From a virus, in the IMG/VR virus record IMGVR_UViG_3300043811_000050, positions 1-64,000 of that record: 64,000 nt of DNA. One strand, given 5' to 3'. How positions within the stretch are numbered: position 1 is the first letter of the stretch; the number at the start of each line of letters is the position of its first letter. The notes beneath the pieces were generated by a model, which saw only the letters and a list, made by a program, of their open reading frames with translations, had not been told where the DNA came from and did not search any database. The translations under genes were made by a program, and so were the position numbers. Below, piece by piece: positions 9,732 to 19,146 of this stretch.

Positions 9732-10022
9732 ATGAATGATTTTGAAGAGTACGTTAGCAAAAATTGGCGCGTGTGGGATGAGACTGGCCTCGTTAGTGCT
9801 GCGCTTGGCCTCGGTGGGTCGGTCGGCGAGTGTCAAGAGCGCGTCAATAAGCATATTCGCAGCATCACCGCAGCAATAAACGTTGACGCACTCAAGCTCG
9901 AATTGGGCGACGTTCTACACTACCTCGTTGTCTTGGCACAGTTCCATGGACTGACGCTCGCGGAAATCGCCGAGGCGAACATGCAGAAACTAGACAATCA
10001 ATATGAGAGGCGCCGTACGTGA
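9732..10022 (+). CDS. MazG-like nucleotide pyrophosphohydrolase-domain protein
   Basis: LGL.G.VGE...ELGDVL.Y......GLTL.EI...N..KL signature. Confidence 0.75.
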   Translation: MNDFEEYVSKNWRVWDETGLVSAALGLGGSVGECQERVNKHIRSITAAINVDALKLELGDVLHYLVVLAQFHGLTLAEIAEANMQKLDNQYERRRT

Positions 10023-10339
10023 CTCCGTACCTCATCCCGACACAGCCTCAGGCTCAGCAGATCCAGATCACGTTGGGCACCGTCGCCTATAATCTCGTCC
10101 TGCGCTGGAACGTGCCGAACGCGAGCTGGATGATGGACATCTTGGATGACAACGGCGACCAGATCGTCAGCGGCATTCCTGCGGTACCCGGCGAAGACCT
10201 GCTGACGCCATTCGCATATCTCGGCATCGGTGGCAGCGTCGGGGCAGGCGAGATACAGGTGCAGACGGCCAGCAACACGTTCGCGGTACCAACTTACGCC
10301 AACCTCGGTAGTGACGGCAATCTGTACTGGTTGCAATGA
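10019..10339 (+). CDS. Baseplate plug/small baseplate protein
   Basis: LRWN....W..DI.D..G..IV.GIP.V.G.DLL motif. Confidence 0.75.
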   Translation: MTPYLIPTQPQAQQIQITLGTVAYNLVLRWNVPNASWMMDILDDNGDQIVSGIPAVPGEDLLTPFAYLGIGGSVGAGEIQVQTASNTFAVPTYANLGSDGNLYWLQ

Positions 10340-10355
10340 TGCAAGGGGAGGTCCT

Positions 10356-10556
10356 ATGTCTAAAACCAAGATTGTAGTTGTGGTGACATCAGCTTTTATT
10401 AATTCAGATGGTGAGGCTGAACCGCACATTAAAACTGGACTCTTTTCTACAGAAGACGCGGCTAAGTCTTGGCTTGAGGGGGATGGAACGAAAGAAGAGG
10501 TCGACCATATCACGTATGCTCGGCACACCCATAGTCGCCTTCATGCGAAAGCTTAG
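10356..10556 (+). CDS. Hypothetical protein
   Basis: GGAGG RBS, 66 aa. Confidence 0.5.
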   Translation: MSKTKIVVVVTSAFINSDGEAEPHIKTGLFSTEDAAKSWLEGDGTKEEVDHITYARHTHSRLHAKA

Positions 10557-10607
10557 TCGGTCTATCGACGATAAGTTAAAAGTACCGTTGGCACAAGTAC
10601 CAGCCTA

Positions 10608-11651
10608 ATGGTCGACGCGCCCCCTAACCTCCCCGTCACGCTGCAGGCGCCTACGCCTCCGCCGAACTATCGCCAGTATCTGCGCAAGGTGGGGCTGGTG
10701 ATCTATAATAATTTGGCGGGAGTTCAAGGACCGACGCAGGGAGGGCCGCCGCTCGAATCCACGAATGCCAGCGGCATCGATGTCAGCAACATGCGCATCA
10801 CTTTCCAGGTGCGTCAGTTTGATACTGCGGTGCCTAATCTCGCGACGATTCGCGTGTACAACCTCAAGGATGAGACCGCTCTGAAGATACAGAAGGAGTT
10901 CCAGTACGTCGCGCTGCAGGCCGGATACGAGGGAGGCAACTACGGTCAAATATTCCAGGGCACCATCAAGCAGTTCAAGAAGGGGCGGGTCGACAACATC
11001 ACTACGTTCCTGGAGATGTTCTGCAGCGATGGCGACCAGGCGTGGAACTTCAACTACATCAATGCCGCTATTGCGGCCAATAGGACGTTTCAGCAGCAGG
11101 CTGATTTTATTCAGAATAAAATGAACCCAGATCTAAGCAACCCACAACCAGCACAGCTTCCCCAGGGAATCGGAGGTTTGACGCAGGCAAGAGGCCGCGT
11201 GCTGTTTGGCAATTCAGTAGCTAGTCTCAATGACATCGCATTGAGCACGAATACAACCTTCAAAATCGTCAATGGGCAGTTGATTTTTACGACAATGACT
11301 GGGTACGACCCCGGTGCTGTCATCCAGCTAAACGTCAAGACCGGCCTTGTGCTCGTACCTGAGGTCACGGATAACGGAATCATGGTCACTGCTCTTCTCA
11401 ATCCGTTTTTGAGATGTGGGCGGCGGGTGCAGATCAACAATCGCGATATCAATACGAACATTCTTACGGGCGCGGGTGCGCTGGTACAGCCGACCATTCT
11501 GGCATTCCCTGCCAGCACCGATGCAGATGGCTTCTACCGCGTCATTGTCGCCGACCATGAGGGCGACAGCCGCGGCGGGCCGTCGTGGTTCACTCGCATG
11601 ACCTGCTTAGCACTGACAAGTGAGGATGGTCAGGTGGCGACGGGGGGCTGA
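10608..11651 (+). CDS. Baseplate hub protein
   Basis: PN.A.IRVYNL, LQAGY....G.IFQG and G.YRV....H.GDSRG..W motifs. Confidence 0.85.
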   Translation: MVDAPPNLPVTLQAPTPPPNYRQYLRKVGLVIYNNLAGVQGPTQGGPPLESTNASGIDVSNMRITFQVRQFDTAVPNLATIRVYNLKDETALKIQKEFQYVALQAGYEGGNYGQIFQGTIKQFKKGRVDNITTFLEMFCSDGDQAWNFNYINAAIAANRTFQQQADFIQNKMNPDLSNPQPAQLPQGIGGLTQARGRVLFGNSVASLNDIALSTNTTFKIVNGQLIFTTMTGYDPGAVIQLNVKTGLVLVPEVTDNGIMVTALLNPFLRCGRRVQINNRDINTNILTGAGALVQPTILAFPASTDADGFYRVIVADHEGDSRGGPSWFTRMTCLALTSEDGQVATGG

Positions 11652-11653
11652 CA

Positions 11654-11971
11654 GTGTTTCTCCACATTGGCGGACTCGTGTTCGACGCCACGCCCGAGCA
11701 GATTCAGAAGGTGATGAATCTGTACAACCGGCCAGGAACGCCGGGTGAGAAGCAGGCGGCAGAAGCAGCATTGCGGCGGATGGGCGTTGCGTCACGGTCT
11801 AAGAAGTATGAGGTCGAGGTTACTTTTGCTCAAGGAGGCAGATGGACCTGGGAAGGAGAAGCCTCCGATGAGTTAGACGCAGAACGCCAAGCCCGGGAAT
11901 ATTTTAAAAAGTATTTCAAGAAAGGAACTAAAATTCCTCAGTATCAGATGCAGCGAGCAAGGCGAATATAG
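11654..11971 (+). CDS. Hypothetical protein
   Basis: 105 aa ORF between hub and spike. Confidence 0.5.
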   Translation: MFLHIGGLVFDATPEQIQKVMNLYNRPGTPGEKQAAEAALRRMGVASRSKKYEVEVTFAQGGRWTWEGEASDELDAERQAREYFKKYFKKGTKIPQYQMQRARRI

Positions 11972-12798
11972 TGGACCGTCGCGAGCGAATGGGGGACCTG
12001 ACGCTGCTGTTCCAGGCAGCGCTGGACGGGCAGCAGTCGAACATCTGGACGGCACTGCCTGGATACTACATTGGTCCAGGCTCCAAGATCGGTACAGCGC
12101 AGGTGCAGATCACAGTGCAGGGGCGATTCCTCAACCAGGACGGTGAGACATGGGGGCCGTGGCAAAGCATCCAGCCGTGCCAGGACTGCCCGATCAGCTG
12201 GCCAGGCGGCAGCCGTGGCCGGCTGGTGTGGCCGTTGGCCACCGGCGACGAGGGCCTGATCGTGTTTGCTAGCCGGTGCATCGACAACTGGTGGCTGCAA
12301 GGTGGCCCGCAGCCTCCGGCCATGATTCGGATGCACGATCTCAGTGACGGCATCTTTATTCCGGGCATATTCAGCCAGCCTAATGCCCCCGCCGCCACGA
12401 CGCCACCCGCCAACATGCGGTTGACCAGTAATGATGGGCTGACCTACCTCGAGCTGAACGATGTTGGTCAGATCATTAACGTAGTGGCTCCGGGTGGCAT
12501 TAATCTCGACGGTCCAATGAACTTCACTGACAACGCCCAGCTCATGGGGAACGTGAAAATCACAGGCACCTTGGAGGTGACCGGCGCTGTCACCGCGGAC
12601 GCCGGAATGACCGTTACTGGCACTTTGGCTGCTAACGGGGGGGCTGCTGTCACAGGCGCGCTGACGGCTACCGGGGGCATTACTGCCGGCCAGGGCGGCG
12701 CCGACAGTGTGACGCTGCAGGGGCATACTCACTCGTACCAGGAGCCTACGGGCGCGAGCGCGCCGGCTCCGACTGCGGCGCCGAAGGCAGGAACATGA
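11971..12798 (+). CDS. Baseplate membrane-puncturing spike (Gp138-like)
   Basis: GDEGL.VF..RCID.WW..G and RMHDLSDG motifs, beta-helix repeats, apical HxH (GHTH). Confidence 0.9.
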   Translation: MDRRERMGDLTLLFQAALDGQQSNIWTALPGYYIGPGSKIGTAQVQITVQGRFLNQDGETWGPWQSIQPCQDCPISWPGGSRGRLVWPLATGDEGLIVFASRCIDNWWLQGGPQPPAMIRMHDLSDGIFIPGIFSQPNAPAATTPPANMRLTSNDGLTYLELNDVGQIINVVAPGGINLDGPMNFTDNAQLMGNVKITGTLEVTGAVTADAGMTVTGTLAANGGAAVTGALTATGGITAGQGGADSVTLQGHTHSYQEPTGASAPAPTAAPKAGT

Positions 12799-13169
12799 GG
12801 GTCCGTGCTCTATCCGCGACTGGCGACTTCACCTGGGGCCAGGGCGGCGGCAACTACCTGGTCGACAGCCCGGCCGCCGTGGGCCAGCTGGTTGAAACTA
12901 CGCTGCAAATGTGGCAGGGTGAGTGGTTCCTTGATACGCTCTACGGCACCCCGTGGCTCCAGCAGATATTGGGCCAGTTCGGCGCCAAGAGCGTTGTGGA
13001 TATCATCATCCAGTCGGTTATCCTCAGCACCCAGCCAGCGGGATGCGTGACGCAGATAGTCGAGTACAGCTCGACGCTGAGCGGTAGGGCGCTGACCGTA
13101 CAGGCGACCATCGACACTCAGTTCAGTGCGGCTGGGCAGTCGACTACAGTGATCAACGTAGAGATATGA
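12795..13169 (+). CDS. Baseplate wedge/sheath initiator (gp25-like)
   Basis: W.GEWFLD...GTPW motif. Confidence 0.8.
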   Translation: MRVRALSATGDFTWGQGGGNYLVDSPAAVGQLVETTLQMWQGEWFLDTLYGTPWLQQILGQFGAKSVVDIIIQSVILSTQPAGCVTQIVEYSSTLSGRALTVQATIDTQFSAAGQSTTVINVEI

Positions 13170-13178
13170 AAGATAATA

Positions 13179-13367
13179 TTGGATCGTCAAAAACGATTCA
13201 TACGAGATGCTCCCGAGGTCCACGTAACCCAGCAAGGTTCGATGTGGAGGTATTATTATCTTCTCAAAGGTAAACTGCACCCGCACGAAATGTCCAAGCC
13301 CTACAAAACAAGACAAGAGGCTGAGATAGCTGGACGAATGAACACGGATAAACTGGACACAAAGTGA
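13179..13367 (+). CDS. Hypothetical protein
   Basis: Small AT-richer ORF; start uncertain. Confidence 0.35.
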   Translation: MDRQKRFIRDAPEVHVTQQGSMWRYYYLLKGKLHPHEMSKPYKTRQEAEIAGRMNTDKLDTK

Positions 13368-14527
13368 CTATTCCCACTACCCAGATCACTTCTACCGGCG
13401 TCGTCGTTCCCGACTACGCCGACGTGCTCGCGGGCAGCCAGAACCTGTTCGGTTCCATCTATGGCGCCGACACGGTGCTGAATCCGAATACGCAGGACGA
13501 GCAGATGCTTGCCATCTTCGCGCAGGCCGTCTCCGCTCTCAACCAGCTCGCCGCCTCAGTCTACAATGCCTACTCGCCGGTCTACGCCCAAGGCGCTGGC
13601 CTCTCAGCGCTGGTGCTCATCAACGCGATCCGCCGGCTGGTGCCGACGTTCTCGACCTGCACCGTCACGCTGACTGGCACGGCGAATACCATCATTAACA
13701 ATGGCCAAGTTGGCGATAACCAGAACCTCAGCACGGTATGGAACCTGCCGCCGACCGTGACCATCGGGACCGGCGGTACCGTGACCGTTACTGCTACCTG
13801 TATCACACCGGGCGCTATCAACCTGAGCGCCGGTCAGCTCAGTGTCATTCTGACGCCGACGCTCAACTGGCAGTCGGTCACGAACGGATCAAACACGCCC
13901 GCAGTCGGATCGCCGGTCGAGAGCGATGCCGCGCTGCGCCAGCGCCAGGTGGTGAGCACGGCCGGGCCTGCTGTTACTCCGGCGGCATCGATCGCCGCAG
14001 CTGTTGCCAATGTGCCGGGCGTGACGAACGTGGCCTACGACAATAACGACACTGGATCGACGGACGGGAACGGAGTGCCGGGCCACACTATTTCAGTGAT
14101 CGTGGTCGGCGGCGCACAGTTAGACGTCGCTACCGCGATCTTCAACAAGAAGTCCGAGGGTACCGGCACCTACGGCAGCACCTCGCAAGTCGTAGTCGAC
14201 GAGAACGGTGTATCGGACACCATCAACTTCTACTATGCTTCGACGACTACGATCTCCGCAGTCTTTACCGTGACGCCGCTTACGGGGTACTCGCTCGCCA
14301 CGGCAGCGGCTATCCAGGCAGCGGCGCTGGCATATATCGAGGGGCTGGACATCGGCGAGCCCGTTGTCTATTTCACGCTTGCTGGCATCGCCACGCTGCA
14401 GGGTACTCAGTATGCCAGCCAATTCAAGCTCGAGTCCGTGACCCTAAACACGGGCACCTCCGACATCACCATCGCCTTCAACGCCATCGCCGTCTCCGCG
14501 ACGGCCGACCTGGTCGTAGTCAGCTAA
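13364..14527 (+). CDS. Baseplate J-like wedge protein
   Basis: A.G..L, ESDA.LR.RQ and G.P.H.I..IV.GG motifs. Confidence 0.9.
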   Translation: MTIPTTQITSTGVVVPDYADVLAGSQNLFGSIYGADTVLNPNTQDEQMLAIFAQAVSALNQLAASVYNAYSPVYAQGAGLSALVLINAIRRLVPTFSTCTVTLTGTANTIINNGQVGDNQNLSTVWNLPPTVTIGTGGTVTVTATCITPGAINLSAGQLSVILTPTLNWQSVTNGSNTPAVGSPVESDAALRQRQVVSTAGPAVTPAASIAAAVANVPGVTNVAYDNNDTGSTDGNGVPGHTISVIVVGGAQLDVATAIFNKKSEGTGTYGSTSQVVVDENGVSDTINFYYASTTTISAVFTVTPLTGYSLATAAAIQAAALAYIEGLDIGEPVVYFTLAGIATLQGTQYASQFKLESVTLNTGTSDITIAFNAIAVSATADLVVVS

Positions 14528-15190
14528 ATGCCGCTCGATTACACTCAGCCACCGTTCCCGGACAACTGGCTGGCGCTCGTCACCAGCGAGTATAACCAGC
14601 AGCCGAACTTCATGGCGATGATGGCGGGGCTTCTGCAGCCGCTCGCTGACCTATATGCAACGATCGAATCGATACCTTCCCTGTTTGACCTCGACACCGC
14701 CGTAGGCGACCAGCTCGACAAGACAGGGCAATGGATCGGCGTCACACGGTACCTGTCCGAGCCGCTGACCGGCGTTTACTTCAGCTGGGGCATCGCGGGC
14801 GTCGGCTGGGGCCAAGGCGTGTGGCATGCTCCCGGCACGCCGACGACGGAGTTAGTGGCGCTCAATGACGCCGACTATCGCATCCTGCTCTACGCCACCG
14901 CGGCGGCGAACAATTGGGATGGCACTATCCCCGGCGCCTATGACGTGTGGAACACCTTGTTCGCCAGCACCGGGCTTACCCTGCTGATATTCGACTTCCA
15001 GGACATGACGATAGGGCTGGCGCTGGTCGGCTCCCCGACCGCGGTCCAGCAGGCGCTGTTCCAGGGCGGTTACCTGAACCTTGTGCCCGCAGGCGTAGGC
15101 GTCAGATGGTACGCCATAAACCCGACGCAACCATACTTCTACTGGGGCGTTTCAGGCTCTGGATGGGGCCAGGGCTACTGGCTAGGATGA
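14528..15190 (+). CDS. Baseplate wedge protein (DUF2612 type)
   Basis: FDLDTAVG.QLD..G.WIG..R and N.WDGT motifs. Confidence 0.85.
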   Translation: MPLDYTQPPFPDNWLALVTSEYNQQPNFMAMMAGLLQPLADLYATIESIPSLFDLDTAVGDQLDKTGQWIGVTRYLSEPLTGVYFSWGIAGVGWGQGVWHAPGTPTTELVALNDADYRILLYATAAANNWDGTIPGAYDVWNTLFASTGLTLLIFDFQDMTIGLALVGSPTAVQQALFQGGYLNLVPAGVGVRWYAINPTQPYFYWGVSGSGWGQGYWLG

Positions 15191-15197
15191 GGAAAGC

Positions 15198-16415
15198 ATG
15201 ACCGCAGAAATCGACTATATTCCGTTTGCCAATACTCTTGTGCCTCCAGCGGTGATGCCTCTATCCAGCTATGCGACCATAGCCGCCAGCGGGCTGTCTG
15301 TGGAGTTGGCTGACCCTACTCAGGCCAATAGATCATGGCGCCAGAGCAGCATGTTCGCTGCCGCGCTGGCGAACATCATCAGCACGCAGCTCGGCGGTAT
15401 CAATGTTCTCGACGACGGCAACCTGACTACGCTCATCACTAACCTGACCGCCGCGCTGCAGACACTCGGTGCGAGCGGCATCAGTCTCGGGTTCAATGCA
15501 CCGGTCAACCTGTCGATAGGCGCCTCGGTCGGGTCCAACCAGCTGACCGTCAGCATCCTCGGTACCAACGGATCGGCGCCGAGCGCAACCAACCCCGTGA
15601 CCATTCCGTTCCGTGACAGCACCATCGCCAACGGCGAGCTGGTAGCGGAAACCGTAACGGCGGCTACAACCCTCGTCATAGCATCCGGCGACACCATGGG
15701 TGCCCCCAGCGGCGTTCCGTTCCGCTTGTGGGTGGTGGCGTTCAACAACGCCAGCACCGTCGCGCTCGGTCTCATCAATTGCTCAACACCGACGACACCG
15801 ATCTTCCCCCTTAACGAGGACGCTCCGCAGACCTCAGTCGCCTCTGGCTATAGCACGGCCGGCGTCTACTATACGACGAGTGTCGTCTCCGCCAAGTCAA
15901 TTCGCATCCTCGGCTACATGGAGTGGGGGTCCGGTCTGACGACTGCTGGCACCTGGGCGACTGGTCCCACTAAGATTCAGCTATTCGGCCCTGGCCAGCG
16001 CAAACCGGGGGAACCGGTTCAGGGTCCAATAATCGGCAGCGGAACTACCCAGGGGACAACGGGAACTGTGAGCGTGTTTTCTCCGTTCTCGAATCCCATC
16101 ACCGCCTCCATAACGCCAACTGCATCAATGAATTTCATTAGAGTCCGCGTGGACGGCGTTACTGAATCCAATGGGTCGGGAAGTGTGTACCAAATCGCTC
16201 GAGGATCAACCCTGATCGGAACTATTCAGGCAGCTGATGGTGCGCTCATCTCGATCTCCGTGCCCGCCCTGGATGCGCCTGGTGTCGTTACGTCGGTTAC
16301 CTATCAATTATACGGTAAGCCAACATCCGGAAGTGGTCCCACTTTGTTCCCGTACACGAACGCCGGGGCGTTATCAACCGGAGGTCAGATCGAACTGGTG
16401 GAACTCATGGGGTAA
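15198..16415 (+). CDS. Tail fibre protein
   Basis: N...WRQSS..AAALA...VLDDG N-terminal baseplate anchor; last gene of the tail module. Confidence 0.8.
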   Translation: MTAEIDYIPFANTLVPPAVMPLSSYATIAASGLSVELADPTQANRSWRQSSMFAAALANIISTQLGGINVLDDGNLTTLITNLTAALQTLGASGISLGFNAPVNLSIGASVGSNQLTVSILGTNGSAPSATNPVTIPFRDSTIANGELVAETVTAATTLVIASGDTMGAPSGVPFRLWVVAFNNASTVALGLINCSTPTTPIFPLNEDAPQTSVASGYSTAGVYYTTSVVSAKSIRILGYMEWGSGLTTAGTWATGPTKIQLFGPGQRKPGEPVQGPIIGSGTTQGTTGTVSVFSPFSNPITASITPTASMNFIRVRVDGVTESNGSGSVYQIARGSTLIGTIQAADGALISISVPALDAPGVVTSVTYQLYGKPTSGSGPTLFPYTNAGALSTGGQIELVELMG

Positions 16416-16475
16416 TTGCGTTATAACACTGTTATATAGTGGGCTTATGATACAATTCAAAAAGGAGCTGTAGCA

Positions 16476-16811
16476 ATGAACCCGAACACAAACACTTGGC
16501 TCAGTTGGATTACGACCGGGATCGGCCTTGCCGGCTCCGCTGCCGCCACCAAGGGCCTGATCGATCAGAGCACGGCGACTTCGATTGCCGGCGCGGCGGC
16601 GACGCTCGTGCCGCTGCTGTGGGGGTTGTTCATTCACCGGGACAGCAAGGTCGTTGAGACGGCGAGCGAGATCAAAGGCGTTGCGCCGATCCAGATCCAG
16701 CCTACCGCCGCACCCGCGCTCCAGACGATGGCCAAGGATGACTCGATCAAGACCGTCGTCGAGGCCGCGCCGCCGCCTTCCCCCTATGCCACCAGCAGAC
16801 AGAGGCTGTAA
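16476..16811 (+). CDS. Putative holin
   Basis: Two hydrophobic segments; first gene of the lysis cassette; AGGAG RBS. Confidence 0.55.
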   Translation: MNPNTNTWLSWITTGIGLAGSAAATKGLIDQSTATSIAGAAATLVPLLWGLFIHRDSKVVETASEIKGVAPIQIQPTAAPALQTMAKDDSIKTVVEAAPPPSPYATSRQRL

Positions 16812-17173
16812 TGGACTGGACATCAATTCTAAATCTGCTCCCTATCGTGGTCCGGCTCGAGCCTGTCATCGCCAAGTACGGGCCGGCCGCGATTGCGCTC
16901 TACAAGGCAGACGAGCCGACCGCGCTGCAGCTGTTCTCAGACGTGGCGGCTACGGTTGGCGATTCGAGCCCCATCGCGTGGATCAATCTGGCGATCAAAT
17001 GGGGGCCGACCTTGGCAACGTTCGTCCAGACCGAGGGACCGGTGGTGCAGCAGTTCATCGCGGACGTTAAGGCGGCGATCGGCACCATGCCGGTTCCGTC
17101 GATCGCGCCGGCTCCAGTTGTGGTGCCGACGGCGCCTGTGCCTCAACTGCCAGCCGGAGGCTTCACCTCGTGA
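16811..17173 (+). CDS. Hypothetical protein with two internal repeats
   Basis: KYGP...DV.A.VG and KWGP...DV.A.IG repeat. Confidence 0.5.
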   Translation: MDWTSILNLLPIVVRLEPVIAKYGPAAIALYKADEPTALQLFSDVAATVGDSSPIAWINLAIKWGPTLATFVQTEGPVVQQFIADVKAAIGTMPVPSIAPAPVVVPTAPVPQLPAGGFTS

Positions 17174-18447
17174 ACCTCGATCCCACGCAAATCATGCTGC
17201 TCATGCTCCTTGTGAGCGTGGGCGCGGATAAGGCGCTCATATTCTATCAGGCAATCCTGCTAGCGAGGAAGAACGGTGCGCCAGCCACACAACCTGCCCT
17301 TCCTGTTGGGCCTATCCCTGCTGGGCCTGTGCCAGTTTCTCCTGGTGGTGGCGGTGTTCAATCGCCCACCGGTCCCGCTCCTCCGGCCCCGCCCGCCGTT
17401 ATTCCTCCAGTCATTGTTCTCCCTCCCGCACCACCAGCGCCCCCGGTGGTTGTCAAACCAGCCCCTGTCCCCTCCCCTGCTGCCGGCCTCCCGCGATTTA
17501 CCAACATCACCACAACCAGCTTTGCCGGCGTCGGAGACAGCGAAGTCTCAAAAGAGTCCGCTTACTACCCGGAACACTACCCAAAAAAGTACGTCGAAAG
17601 CGATGACCCCGGAGCGGCCCTCCCCTACCGTTTCCCCGGAACGCCTCCTGTCATCCGAGTCTTCTTCCGCGGCAAGACCGTTGACTGCCCCGTCGTCGAT
17701 GTTGGCCCTTGGAACACCCATGATCCCTACTGGGATCACGGTGCCCGTCCCCAGGCCGAGACCGGAACCGATACGACTGGCCGACATACAAATCTGGCCG
17801 GACTCGACATCACGCCCGGAGCATGGAAAGCACTCGGCAAGACCGGCAATCTCGATGATGTCAAGGACATCACGTCATGGGATTTCGTGTCGGTGCTCGA
17901 CAAAGGTAATGTACCGGCGCCAGCACCGCCAATCACACCATCGGCGCCAGTAACTGGTGCGATCCCAGGCATCACGCACACCACCTATCCGAGCCAAGAT
18001 GAAGCTTATTCATACTTCGGTGAGCCTGGATCGAACCTTGTCAAGGTGACGTGCCCATGGGTGCTGACCGTTGAGGGAACGCACGCGCAGTGGATCGCAA
18101 TTAACGCGAAGTGCGCGGCTAGTCTTACAATGATCCTCAACGCCATCTGGAACCATCCAGCGATCGGGCAGAGCCAGGACAAGATCAATGAATTCGGATA
18201 CAACATCTTCGATGGTTCATATAATGATAGAAATATCGGCGGGACTGGAACACTATCGCAGCACGCGTGGGGAGCGGCAATTGACTGGAATGCTGCGGCT
18301 AATCCGCAGCACGCCACGGCCAGCCAAACCAAGTTCAAAGAAGACAGCCTAATCGTCGTTGCGTTCAAGCAGGCCGGATGGACCTGGGGCGGCGATTGGA
18401 GTGCGAAATATAGGGACGCAATGCACACTCAAATGTTAAGGGCCTGA
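17170..18447 (+). CDS. Modular endolysin: N-terminal TM, Pro-rich linker, DPBB/RlpA-like domain, M15 peptidase
   Basis: VVDVGPW...LDITPGAW (double-psi beta-barrel); SQHAWGAAID..WGGDW..DAMH (M15 Zn peptidase). Confidence 0.8.
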   Translation: MNLDPTQIMLLMLLVSVGADKALIFYQAILLARKNGAPATQPALPVGPIPAGPVPVSPGGGGVQSPTGPAPPAPPAVIPPVIVLPPAPPAPPVVVKPAPVPSPAAGLPRFTNITTTSFAGVGDSEVSKESAYYPEHYPKKYVESDDPGAALPYRFPGTPPVIRVFFRGKTVDCPVVDVGPWNTHDPYWDHGARPQAETGTDTTGRHTNLAGLDITPGAWKALGKTGNLDDVKDITSWDFVSVLDKGNVPAPAPPITPSAPVTGAIPGITHTTYPSQDEAYSYFGEPGSNLVKVTCPWVLTVEGTHAQWIAINAKCAASLTMILNAIWNHPAIGQSQDKINEFGYNIFDGSYNDRNIGGTGTLSQHAWGAAIDWNAAANPQHATASQTKFKEDSLIVVAFKQAGWTWGGDWSAKYRDAMHTQMLRA

Positions 18448-18450
18448 TCA

Positions 18451-18867
18451 ATGCCACCCAAGCGCTGTATACATTTTGACAATCCGAGAGATGCGTTCGA
18501 AAGCATGTTTATGCCAGAACCAAATTCAGGCTGCTGGATTTGGTTGGGACCGATCTTTGAAAAACGCGGCGGCTATGGCTGTTTCACAATGCGGCCTGCC
18601 GGAATAATCATGCAGCGCGCGCATCGTGTCTCATGGAAACTGTATCGACGTGCTGATCTTCCCAAGGAAGTCCACATCCTGCATCACTGCGACAATGTGC
18701 TTTGCGTCAATCCTGACCATCTATTTGAAGGTGATCAAGCCGCCAATATGCGGGACAAGTCATTGAAAGGACGTCAATTGCGCGGCAAGAACCATCCAAA
18801 ATATAAGCACGGGCTCTATGTTGGTGACAAAGCCAATCCAGAATATACACAGCCGAGGGACCGATGA
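18451..18867 (+). CDS. HNH homing endonuclease
   Basis: GCWIW..GYG..AHRVSW..HHCDN..CVNPDHL..N..D. Confidence 0.9.
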   Translation: MPPKRCIHFDNPRDAFESMFMPEPNSGCWIWLGPIFEKRGGYGCFTMRPAGIIMQRAHRVSWKLYRRADLPKEVHILHHCDNVLCVNPDHLFEGDQAANMRDKSLKGRQLRGKNHPKYKHGLYVGDKANPEYTQPRDR

Positions 18868-18935
18868 CTATCTTTTGGACCATATGGCTGTTCATCCTGA
18901 TCCCGGTATCCTTCCAGATGCTGAAGGCATAACCA

Positions 18936-19127
18936 ATGTTCGAAATCATCTTCACCTGTATCGGCCTGTACTGTGGAGATGGAGTTTCATTTCCAAACCC
19001 TGTCGCGCATTTCTTGACGCTCAAAATGTGCGACGACTTTGGGAGACTAATGGTCAGCGAGCACGTCCCGATCAAGGGGATGACAATCAAGTTCCAGTGC
19101 CTTCGTCTCGACGGAGAAGACCTGTGA
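18936..19127 (+). CDS. Small Cys-containing hypothetical protein
   Basis: Hydrophobic N-terminus, F.T...C...C pattern. Confidence 0.45.
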   Translation: MFEIIFTCIGLYCGDGVSFPNPVAHFLTLKMCDDFGRLMVSEHVPIKGMTIKFQCLRLDGEDL

Positions 19128-19146
19128 CAAACGGAGAAATATCACC

